NCBI GenBank assembly: GCA_002269645.1
Contig: NIVC01002909.1
Location: 1 to 43,363, forward strand
Reading direction: 5' to 3'
Length of the DNA stretch: 43,363 nt
From: Macrostomum lignano
Lineage: Eukaryota
Part shown: positions 12,301 through 24,300 of the stretch, piece by piece
Layout of the letters: every line of letters starts with the position of its first letter
Position numbering within the stretch: position 1 is the stretch's first letter
Translations under genes and position numbers: made by a program
Notes under the pieces: generated by a model
What the model was told of the DNA's origin: nothing
The model's input: the letters and a program-made list of their open reading frames with translations, nothing else
Databases searched by the model: none

Positions 12301-15300
12301 AAGCTCATGGCAGGCTGGCCTTGCAAAGCCAGCCTGGTTAGACAAACCGTGTGCGTGATGGGTTGAGAAAAAATCTCCGGGCTTCTGGTTGTCAATGGTG
12401 CAATCAATAGGAAAACTTGCTCTTACCTGAACATTTAATCTCGTCTCGTTGTCCACAACAACGTTCTTGAGTTATGGGAATATGTATGTTGGGGCCGTTT
12501 CAAATTTAGTCCTGAGTAACATGGTCTTTAAAGAAAATTTCTAGTTCATTTGCGTTAGGCCGAACGAACTCTTAAAACCTTGGAATACAGCATTTCACGG
12601 CATCGCAGTTCAATTTTGATGATTCGATACGGTAAGTTAAATCGGCTCGACCGACTTACCAGCAGGTTGATGTCGATGTCCTGAGACACTAGATCGAAAA
12701 TATCGTTGAGAAGTCCGTGGTTGTACAGAATCGCCTGGTTCATCGGGTGCCTCTCTTCTGGCTCCTCTTCAAGGTGGCAGACCCTGATGAGTTCGTACGA
12801 GTAAGTGGTGTATTGATCGCTTTGTCAATTCATAACGTTTTCCCAGCTATCTGAATAATTGTTGGGCTTCATGAAGTGTCATCACTACGAGTAGGCTATA
12901 CGCCTTTTGTAACATGGATGCGTAGCTAGCTTTGTATTAGTTTTATAAATCTGTTTTATAATTAATTTACCTGCTAAATTTAGACAGAATGGAGCACATC
13001 TTTTCCACATCGGAGTCTGTCATCTTGGAGCCGATAAGCCGGCGCATCACGTGACTTTCATCGTCCACCATTTTGTGCACCGCGACCGACTTGTCCGTGA
13101 TGAGCACCTGGGCCAGCACTGCTCGCTTGAACAGCAGGTTGTGCGCTGAGTAGTAACGGTTGAGCAGCCACATTGACATCTGCACCATCTTCGGGTACTC
13201 ATAGTGGCTCAGGTCCTGCAGCGGTTTCAAAAGAAGCTTTGAAACGTGGTGCTTTTAAATTTTCGGAAAAGCCTAACTTATCCCTATACGTTATGCATTT
13301 TTTGTAACTGTCGAGCGTATCAAGACGTACGAGCAAAACATTGACGATGTCGAAGTCCTTGAAATAAGAGGACTCGGTGAACATTTCTGCCAGTCGCTGA
13401 CTCGCAACCGTATCGATGCTGAATAAGGTTAACAGGTTACTTCATCACGGCTATATTTGTATGCACTCCATAAAGTATGAGACTAGCAAGCTTTGAACGG
13501 ATCAGCTCACCTTTTATTTAGGTCGTAATTCTCGTTCAGTAAGCCAGCAAGTGGATCCTGAGCGCTACTCAAGGTATTCTGCGCCATAAACTGAACATCC
13601 TTGAACTCAGCCACAAACCTTTTTAGGCGAACATTGAATCGAAAGTTGAAAAACAGATCCAGAACTCGCATCGCTCTGAAAGGTGTCACCATTTTCTTTC
13701 ACTAATACTGACACGTCAACCGGCAGTTTTGTAAACGCCCCAACTTACTGGTGCTTTGCATCGACCACAGCCTTCGTTTCCCTGGATTTTTTGTAGCGAT
13801 CCACCGTCTGGTAGTGCTGCAGCACTTTGTCATAGTCAGTTGTGGCAGCTGCAGATTGTAGATTCGATTCGGAATTAGTTTCGGAATTTGACATCAAAAC
13901 TAAACTACGTGTTCGCAAAAAGGTTCGTCGGCTCTCAAACTACAAGCCGTAGCGTCAGACGTTTTTGTTCTATAAAACATTTTAGCGAAGCAAGTAAATT
14001 TAAGTTCCAGGATAGGTCAAGGAAGTTTTTTGGCAGTGTACAGAACTGGCGGTACGTTTGTGTACGAAATGATGTAAGAGTATCGTAGAGAATGGTAAAG
14101 TACAGTTTAAATAGTTCAAGCAGAGAAGTCTATAGTTTTAAAATGCTGATAAATATTTGACTCTAGAAAGCCAAAAATGCTGATTTACTTCCTGCCACAT
14201 CTGCCACCATCCCGCCGGAGAAGGCGCCTGGAAAGTGCGGCCATGGGATCGCAGTTTGAAATACAGCATCGAAAAGCGTCCCAGATATCCGGAATCAAAT
14301 TTGCAATTGTCAGTGTGGATCAAATTGCAAGTTAAATGGGATTAAAGTAATTTTTAAATTAGACCCATTATTCCTCAGGAAAAGATCAGGATTCTTGCTA
14401 AAGGCTGTGAAGCCTGGACTACAATAAATTATGCACCTCTGGGCAGTGGCTTGTCGTTTCGTCCGTCCAGCAGATCCAGCAGCGGCTTGAGAAGCTTCTT
14501 GATGTCGGTGGTGGAGTTGTAGTATCCGAACCTCACCAGATAATGCAGCATCTGCATCACGTGCGCAAGCAGAATGTTGTGCCCGACCTCCGAGGCCGTC
14601 ATGTCGTGGTTCTGGTCCAGAAAGTTGGCCAACCAGTCGCGCAAGGCTGGGAAGTAGCGCTGGGTTGAGGCGTTTCTCAGAGTCGTCTGCGGGAAGAGTT
14701 GAGTGAGTTTGTTGCTCTTAATACAATAATTCTAAGCTTAGAAACTTTAAATTCCTTTCCCGGCAAGCCGCGAAGCAGCTTCTCAAAGCCATCAATTCAG
14801 TTTAATAAATTAGAGCTCAACTTACCATTTCACTCGTCTTGGCCTGCGAATGCTTTGAAACATCGTCATATACGAATGTGAGGTCGATCCTGTCCAGCAC
14901 GCTGATGTTGTCGTCAACGTCTACGAACATGGTGGTGATGAGCTCGCAGTACTTGGCTCGCAGCTGGTCCGGCAGATCCTCATCAGTGAGGCAGATGAAA
15001 GCCTCATCCCAGGTGAGGTAGTTGAGCCGCTTTGTGACCACCTCGATTGACTTTGCGTTGCGACCCTAATTGGTAACGGAAAGCGAGATAACAAGATCCC
15101 TGATCCCGATCCCTGATCCCGATCCCTGATCCCGATCCCTGATCCCGATCCCTGATCCCGATCCCTGATCCCGATCCCTGATCCCGATCCCTGATCCCGA
15201 TCCCTGATCCCGATCCCTGATCCCGATCCCTGATCCCGATCCCTGATCCCGATCCCTGATCCCGATCCCTGATCCCGATCCCTGATCCCGATCCCTGATC

Positions 15301-18300
15301 CCGATCCCTGATCCCGATCCCTGATCCCGATCCCTGATCCCGATCCCTGATCCCGATCCCTGATCCCGATCCCTGATCCCGATCCCTGATCCCGATCCCT
15401 GATCCCGATCCCTGATCCCGATCCCTGATCCCGATCCCTGATCCCGATCCCTGATCCCGATCCCTGATCCCGATCCCTGATCCCGATCCCTGATCCCGAT
15501 CCCTGATCCCGATCCCTGATCCCGATCCCTGATCCCGATCCCTGATCCCGATCCCTGATCCCGATCCCTGATCCCGATCCCTGATCCCGATCCCTGATCC
15601 CGATCCCTGATCCCGATCCCTGATCCCGATCCCTGATCCCGATCCCTGATCCCGATCCCTGATCCCGATCCCTGATCCCGATCCCTGATCCCGATCCCTG
15701 ATCCCGATCCCTGATCCCGATCCCTGATCCCGATCCCTGATCCCGATCCCTGATCCCGATCCCTGATCCCGATCCCTGATCCCGATCCCTGATCCCGATC
15801 CCTGATCCCGATCCCGTCTTACCTGGCAGAGTTTTCCGAACAAGTCTAGCTGGTGCTGTAGAAACATGAATTCTTCTATGATTGTCGAGTTTTGCTGAAG
15901 CGTATGGGAAGTTGAATACAGGAAAATGATGGAACGCTATTGGAAATTTTGGTGGTATCATGAGTCATTGATACTTATAGAAAGCTGTAAATTCTGGAAG
16001 TAAACCTGTCGAGATTGACAATGGTCCGCAATCTAGAGAAAATGGGGGACTTCACGCAGGGTACGCTTTGCGAGAATGTGAATCACGATGCACTCAGAGT
16101 GACTGAACGGTGAGGCTAAAGCTATTTTCTCCATCTCACCATCTCCTCCAAAGAGTCTTTGTTCCGGCCATATGCTTTTAGCTTCAAATTGGTTGATAAA
16201 ATAAGTGAACACTAGTTTGGTTAACTTAACGCACTTCTCACTGTCTCGCACTGCAAAGTTTGAACTAGATAACAATTAACTTCTTTCTCCATCTCGCTGT
16301 CTCACCTCTTCTGGGCTCAATTTGCGCTTGTTGAGCTGCCGTTTGCGCGACTTGACGTGCGTGATTTGCACCGAGCCGTCCGCGTTTGTCTTCGACGCCG
16401 CGACCGCCTTCTGGTACTGAAAATCAGAGGGAGTCTAAGGGTTCCTCGGTTCTTTCAGTGTTTGGGTTATCACTCGTCATTCCTCACTGGTCATTCAATG
16501 ATCTGGTTCCTCACTTGTCATTCAATGATCGGATTCCTCACTGGTCATTCAATGATCGGGTTCCTCACTGGTCATTCAATAATCGGGTTCCTCACTGGTC
16601 ATTCAATGATCGGATTCCTCACTGGTCATTCAATGATCTGGTTCCTCACTGGTCATTCAATGATCGGATTCCTCACTGGTCATTCAATGATCGGGTTCCT
16701 CACTGGTCATTCAATGATCGGGTTCCTCACTGGTCATTCAATGATCGGGTTCATCACTGGTCATTCAATGACCGGATTCCTCACTGGTCATTCAATGATT
16801 GGGTTCCTCACTGGTCATTCAATGATTGGCTTAAACGGTTTGGCTTGGGTTTTGGTATTCAGTTTATTCTCGACATGGCACCCCGCTCACATCTTTGGCG
16901 AACTGAGCCAGCGAGACCCAGCGTCGCTTGTTGTCCACAGACACGAACACTTTGTCCTTCTCCTTGCCAATTTTCTGTCCTAGATCCGTGAAGAAGACCA
17001 GACTGAAGCTCTGGCCCTCCACCAGCCACTTATCCGTGATGTAGTTCTGGTTCTCCGGCATGCTCAAACCGTCGCAGACGCACAAGACGCTCAGCAGTTC
17101 GAGATACCGGAAATTCTGCACGATTGGCAAAAATATCAGCTGCAGAATAATTTGTCACTGAAAACAGCCGGCCGCACTCGAGCCGAAACTCACCTTGTTC
17201 TGTTTCAATAACTCGATAATTTCGTCCACGTAGCTGTGCGGAATTCTGTCAACAATCTTCCGGTTGTCCTTGATGAGCTCCATGATCATGTGGGCAGCGT
17301 TCAGGCCGACCTCTTCCTGCGAGTGGAGTCAGCAGGGGTTGGGACAGTTACAGACGGGTTCGATATCGGTGTATTAATTTATAGGTTTCTAGGAAACACT
17401 CAAGCACTTTGGTAACTTTTCGAAGCGGAAGTGGGGTAACACACGTAGCGCACGCCGGACGATGGTAGGGGGGGGGGGCTTCAATACAAGCGGAATCGAA
17501 TTTTGCGTGCAAAAAAAAGTTGTTGCAGAGCCTTTTTGGTGACCGCCAATTCGAATAAAAATGAAACCAGAACGCCTCTTTGTTCAGGCTCTCTTTATGA
17601 GAGTGGTCTACAGGCTATATAGCACTCTTGCCCCCCCCCCCATCGTATTTTTGCTCCTTTAAGTAACCCAAGGTGTCCCCAAAGCACACCAAGCCTCCCA
17701 TAAATATCCGAGGTGTCCCCAAAGCACTTCAAGCCTCCCATAAACATCCAATGTGTCCCAAAGCACTTCAAGCCTCCCATAAACATCCGAGGTGTCCTAA
17801 AGCACTCCAAGCCTCCCATAAACAGCCAATGTGTCCCAAAACACACCACGCCATCCATAAACATCCGAGGTGTCCCAAAGAACACCAAGCCTCCCATAAA
17901 CATCCAAGGTGTCCCAAAGCCCATCAGGCCTCCCAGAAAAATTCAAAACTACTAAAATGCTACCATCATGATGAACGTCACATCAATTTTTTAAAAACAA
18001 CAGTATCAATGGCGGAACAGCAAGAGGGGCATGATGGGAGACAAGTCTAATTAGTAGGTCTGGTTAGTAGTCTGGTTAGTAGCATTCGTGAATCCAGTCA
18101 GTACTTTTAGCAAATTCGAAGCAAAAAGTAAAATTCTTGTCTTCGACATTTTGAGCTCGACTTAGTCAGTGTGTACTTTTAATGATGCTATACTAGTATT
18201 AATAAAATCTGTGCATCCGGTTCGACAGGACAAAGCAAGGTACTGCAAGATACAAAAGCGGGCACAAAATTGAGCAGGTAATCCGGCTGGCACCAACCAG

Positions 18301-21300
18301 AGCTGACTGTGTGAGCACTGTGTGAGCAGCCCCGCTAGTCACATCGAGTCTTAGAAGGTATGCGCTCTCTCGGCGATCTACTTACACATTCTGGCGAGCT
18401 CTTGAAATTTGAGGCGAGCGAGGGATCACATTGTTGAAGTGCATACTGTGGAATTCCTGTAAAGTTTTACTCGAAAGCAATGCTCATTAAAAGGAAAAGT
18501 TGAGCAATTTCTCACCTCCAGCACAACCTGGCTGCGGAAGAAGTCGATATGCTTAGCAATGTACAGCTCGTTCTTGCGACTGTCGCCCATCAGGTAGGTG
18601 TACAGGACCTCGTAGCACTCGACGAAGATTTTCACCAGATACTGCTGGTCCGGACCGCCTCTGAATGGCGTCTGCAGCAGCCGCACCAGCAGCTCCACGA
18701 TCTGCAGGAACCACAGTGAGAAGGCACTATTGCTAAGCCTATCTTTATTTACACATTCACAAATTCACAAATTACCCGCTCACAAGTTCACCCATTCACA
18801 AATTTACACATTCACAAACTCACATTCACAAGTTCATTCATTCCCCTATTTTTTCAGCTACGCATTTAACCATTTCCAAAATTCAAACTCTTAACGATGG
18901 AGTCCATGCGCAAGTGTTGGTTGCACAATTCCACTCGATCTCACCCTGAGATTCCTGAGCAGCTTCTGTCGTTTCTTGACGGGCTCGCTGTTGACAATCA
19001 TGAAGTCGCGCAGCTCCTTCAGCGCGTTGGCGATCGTGTGACTTCTATAGGCATTCAGTGTGGACTGACTGCCTTGCTTGCGCTAAAAAAGTTCAGTTTC
19101 GAATTTGAGTTTTGACTTTGAGTTTCACTTGTTAAATTTGTTGTCAGGTTGGTATCATCTCTGAAGTTGGAATTTTTATTCACCACCGCACAAAGCCTGA
19201 TATCATGTTTGCTTAACTGATCGTGAACTTCACCGGTAAAAAAATCTAGCTCAGGTGCTAAATTACCAGCCTAAGCACGTGTCACAGAGTGAGGCTGCAG
19301 ATCAGCCAATCAGCACCAGTTTGAGTCTTTACCTCAGCAGATGCACTCCCCTCGGCTGAGCTAAACGGCACTCCGCGCAGCTAAAATGTGTGTCAGGGAG
19401 AGCAGTCTTGGTGATGCGCCTCTGAGCGCCCAGTCGCCATCGACTTCATGGCGACAGCATACTGTACCGTACGTGTACTGCCTGCTGTTCGTACTGGTAT
19501 TGAAGTACATGTCTCTGACGCAACTCCCAGCCTGAAAGAGTGTGCACTTTTCCCTGACAACCCAGCTCGCCCGCTCCAACACCGGTCCTTACCTGCAGGC
19601 AGAGCTTCTGAATGAACGGGACGCAGCCGGCCGCGAAGTTGAAAATCCTGACCAGCTCCTCCTCCACCGAGTAGATGGTGAAGGCGTCGTCGAACTGCAT
19701 CTCAGACACGATCTCCACCTGCAGTTCCAGTTGGAGTGGTTCCGCAGTCATTGAAACTCAATGGGGTTTCAGTGAGCCATTGCCTATTGAGTGTAAAAAT
19801 ACAATTCAAGGGGCAGGGCAGCTCAGCGGTAGACGCGTCTGACTCTCACGATTAAACTGTGGCGCGATTCTTGCAATTCACACGCATGAGAGCCAACCTC
19901 CACATCACAGAGAGGGTACATGCCTAACGATTAGCGTGTGAATGTAATCAGGAGTCAGCATTATCGGTGTTCTGAAAGGCTTCAAATAAATACCTTCTTT
20001 AGGGGCGCCTGAGACCAGACCAGGCCGGCCATAGAGTTGTGACTGCTAGCTTCATCGCTTTGGGTCTTTCGCGAGTAGTCCTCTGAAATAAAAGAGGCCG
20101 TATGTTAGTACTCAGTGTCAACAGGTGCTTCTCGTTCAATCAAATAGGGCTTGTATTTGTGGAATACGCTTCTCACCTTTGCTACCATGCAGCCAGTTAC
20201 CGGTGACCACGTGTTCGATTCGGCAATATGTTGTGTCCTCAATTTCATCTCTTTCCTAGAAATACAAATTAATCAATCAAGGATTATTCCTATAATGTTG
20301 TCAATTAGTCTTAAGACAATAAATAACTGAACCACCAAATGCTAAACAAGGACTTCTAGACTAGCAGGACGTAAAACTCAAAGATCGTGTAAATTTTTAG
20401 GAGGACGATTTCCTGGAAAAAATACACTGCGGAGATAGGAGCAAATCATTTTTTCATCACAAAATCAATGATTGCATTTGATCTAAGGCAGCTAAGATAA
20501 CCATTCTTTTTATTTAGCACGCACAACATGTTACTCTATTATATTTTAATGTAGTTGTGTCTTGAAAGTTTCATCTTCATATTATTTTCTTTTTATTTCA
20601 TAAGCCCCAAGTTGCAAAATACTCACAAGTGGCATTAGCCGAACTTTGTATTTTTCCTTTTTAAAATCAAGTATATTTGCAATAAAAATGCTGCATTACG
20701 GTACTATTAAGCCATTATTGTAGGTATAATTCCATTTCAATGTAGTAACTATACTAATAGACCTGTCTATGTAGTTAAATATATAAGGACAATATTTACA
20801 ATATGCCCCCACCATTTTCATTTTTCTTGTTTTACCTAGGCCTCAAGTCTTTAGAAAGCTATCAGTTTTTACCTGAAAGCCAGACAGAAAAAAATGGTTA
20901 GGGCCTAGGCCTAGTCACAAAAATGGGCACTAACCTTTTTTCTAGGTTTTTACACTTTTAATTAGGCTTAGATTTTTAATTTTTTATTGCAAATTTGAAT
21001 ACACTATACTATATAAACTAGGCCTAGCACCCAGCTGGTTTAGGTTTACCTTCCTTGAATTATATATTTTGTTGAATATAATACCTTTAAAATTGCAATT
21101 TTAATTTGTAATGGTATATTTCATATCATATTTGAATCATAGGCCTCATACATGCGCAACCTTGGGAATCACTCGGCCATTTCTATTGGCAACACAGAAC
21201 ACACACATGTAAGTTGCTATTGGATGGAATAGTAGTCACGTGATTGCTCTCAGCCAATAGCAACTTACATATGTGTGTTGCCAATAGAAATGGCCGGGCG

Positions 21301-24300
21301 AATCCCCAGGTTACACCCAAGCATGATAGGCCTAATTATTAGATTATTATGATAGGTCTTTTATTATAAACTAAAAAATGGGTAATACAATACTGCATGC
21401 CCACATTTATCTTAACTTTAGCATTTATTTACTATTGAAACTAGGCCTAGGCCTTATTGCACTCATAAAGCTTTGAAACTAGGAATATTTAGGCCTATTC
21501 ATTTTACTACCTTATATCTATTTATAAAACTAAGCTGGCTCTAATAATTGACAATGAAAATCTAGTTTTTAGTATTAATTTAAAATTTGTTTATTAATTT
21601 AGTTATCTATATTCAGTTTTAATTTTATTTTTTATAGGTAAATATGATTTTTTAATTAGTATTATTTAATAACTTAGATTTTGGCTATTAGGGTCTAATC
21701 CAAATACTAAATAGTACTTAGATGTCTAATTGTTACATTTTTATTCAATAATCTTTAATTTTACTATAAGTATTTTGTACCAATATATTATCCTATCATC
21801 TATCTTAATAGATAGATAGTTATCATGCCAATTAAATTTTTGGTAGTAACTTACACTAGCAACCATTTTAGACAAAAGGCTGCAAAATCTAATCTTGTTA
21901 GATTTCAAACAGATTTCCTTATGATATAAATTATGTCTAGCATTGTATTTGACATACTTAATCCTTTGATCTTTCCAGTGCCTATCTGACTTCAGTGGAA
22001 ATTTTTGCAAAGCATCAACCTGCTAAAATGCCATTGCACAAGATGATATACTTTTGGATACCAATTAAAGTGATCCACAAAGTGTCTTTCCTGACACCAC
22101 AAGGTCTTCATTACATTTGACTTTAGCAAGTGAGTAAATTTTCTAAATGTTGTTTTTTTTAATATATGGATAAGGGTTAGTAAAAAGCAAGGGTCAATGT
22201 GGTTGGGGCAAAAGATGATATATCCTTACCTTTTACATGGCTAGTTTCCCTAAATTTATGATGGCATAGTTTGTAGCAAAATTTATGGTATAACCTTTTA
22301 GGAAAGTTCATTCCAATGAAAAGACAAAATTTCTCATTTTACCATTGCCCATACCTACCAACATTTTAGTGTGGTGGATGGACTCCAGCACTAGGCCTAT
22401 TGCTCATCATTGCAGCACTCAAGTCAAAGTTTTGCATTTTTGGGCTTCCAACATCAACTAGAGCGATAGTCTCAATTGGAGGCCATGGAAAGCAATCTCA
22501 AGCATGCTGGTAGAGCCTGGTGCCAACCTTGGAAAGAATTTGGAGCCCACCTGATTGTTAATCATTTTTCATCTGGCAGCTGCAACTGAGCATTGGAAAT
22601 GGAATTCACTATATCTATAACTGGCCAGCGGGAACTGCACACTGAGAAGCAATGCCCATGTCCTTCACCCCACATAACATTGAGGTCTCACTTTAGTGGT
22701 CTTAGCGATGTAGGATGCGATCTTCATAGACATGCCATTGAACCTGATCTGCTATGCCACATCTCAAGAAAGCTGACTAATGTTTTAAGGGTATAGTGCG
22801 GCAAGACTGAGTCTGATAGATAGTCCAATTTCAGCCACTGTAGGCCGACTGTGCAAAATTAATTGAAGCAAATAAGCTTCATGGTACTTGCTAATTTGCC
22901 AATTTTTTCTCTTTTTAAATACTGATATCTGCTTTTCTGTTTAGTTTAGCTACAAGTTGCGCAGCCATTGGAGCTAAGGCCGCCCACGCATTGCCTGGAT
23001 GTAGTGCTCCTCACTAACCCCGTGCATAAAACTCCACATGGCCATGACAATCCAACTGCACTGTTAGTTCCACAAAAAAATTCTATGCTGCATACATGCG
23101 CAACCTGGGGAATCACTCGGCCGTTTCTATTGGCAACACACATGTAAGTCGCTATTGGCTGAGAATAGTCACGTGACTACTATTCCATCCAATAGCAACT
23201 TACATGTGTGTGTTGCCAATAGAAACGGCCGGGTGAATCCCTAGGTTGCGCCCAGGCATGCTATGCCTGGTAAACACTTAACACTACACTGCTGGTTATT
23301 ATACTCATATTTCGACCTCCAAATTAAGCCAAGCCTTTACAGTATTTAAATTTACTTTTCTGATTTACTTTTGATTTACTTCATAGATACAAGTACCATG
23401 TCATACAAAATATTTACTCAATTTTGCCCTTGCAGTTGCATATTATGAGCTGTGCATCTTTGTGCCTGGTTTATTTTTCCATTTCTGAAACATCAAACAT
23501 TGCAAAAAACCAATTCAAAAACAAAGAACATTTTCTATTTTCTACATCAGTATGTATAAAGAATGTATCTATACATTGCTCTTTTAATGTTTCAATGCAC
23601 TGTATATATATTATAAATTACATCTTACATTCTTTGCAAGTCAAAACAGTTGAAAGTTCACATTTCAGATCTGTGAAACAAAATAAAATTCATTTGAAAT
23701 GAAAAAAAGTCTTGTCTTTTTTATTTACTAAGGTGAAAGAGAAGTTATTAACTTTGAGTTATTTATAAGAAAGACATCACCAGCAAAAATTAAGGTAGTG
23801 CCAATGAGTCTTGAAGTGCTAGTGTCAGCCAGCAAGCAGTTAAAGAACTGCAGTTGCTCATCTTGAATGCAGTGCACAGTAGAATAGCCTCAAAGCTTGA
23901 TGTTGTCTGGTTACTAGAGCACAGCAATCTTCTGTATGTTGACAACCAAACCAATTGCCAGCACAAAACCAACCAGCCTGCCTAGCTTTTTGGGTGGCAG
24001 GCTAGGTCACTGAGTTGTGACAAGTGAGCAGGACATGGAATGCCATAATGCAATCATTAGGTTGATCAAACATGAAGCATTGGCCAATACACAGCTAGTA
24101 GATAAGCTCAGAATGTAGGCTGAAAATCAGGCAGTGGCAATTGAGGCTTGTTGCTGGCAGCTGAAACAAAATATGTTGAAATATAAAGAATTTAATTGTT
24201 CAGGGTTAATGCAAAAATAAATATTATCAAAGGTTGTCAATTGTATTTTAATATATAAGTCAACATAAAAAAAAAGCTAATACATAAGCAAAAGGTACAA

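Noticed and set aside
12310-12335. 9-bp-stem hairpin as a possible Helitron 3' end
   Set aside because: No CTRR terminus at the expected distance and no 5' TC end identified
14921-15961. 346-aa and 287-aa ORFs with [13 protein letters not shown] repeats
   Set aside because: Translations of the stop-free 13-bp minisatellite; only short flanking parts are true ITPR-like exons
16357-16991. FLTGHSMIG and PHWSFNDR repeat ORFs
   Set aside because: Produced by the 27-bp minisatellite on the strand opposite the host gene
17595-18050. Three overlapping repeat-peptide ORFs
   Set aside because: Derived from the 39-40-bp minisatellite
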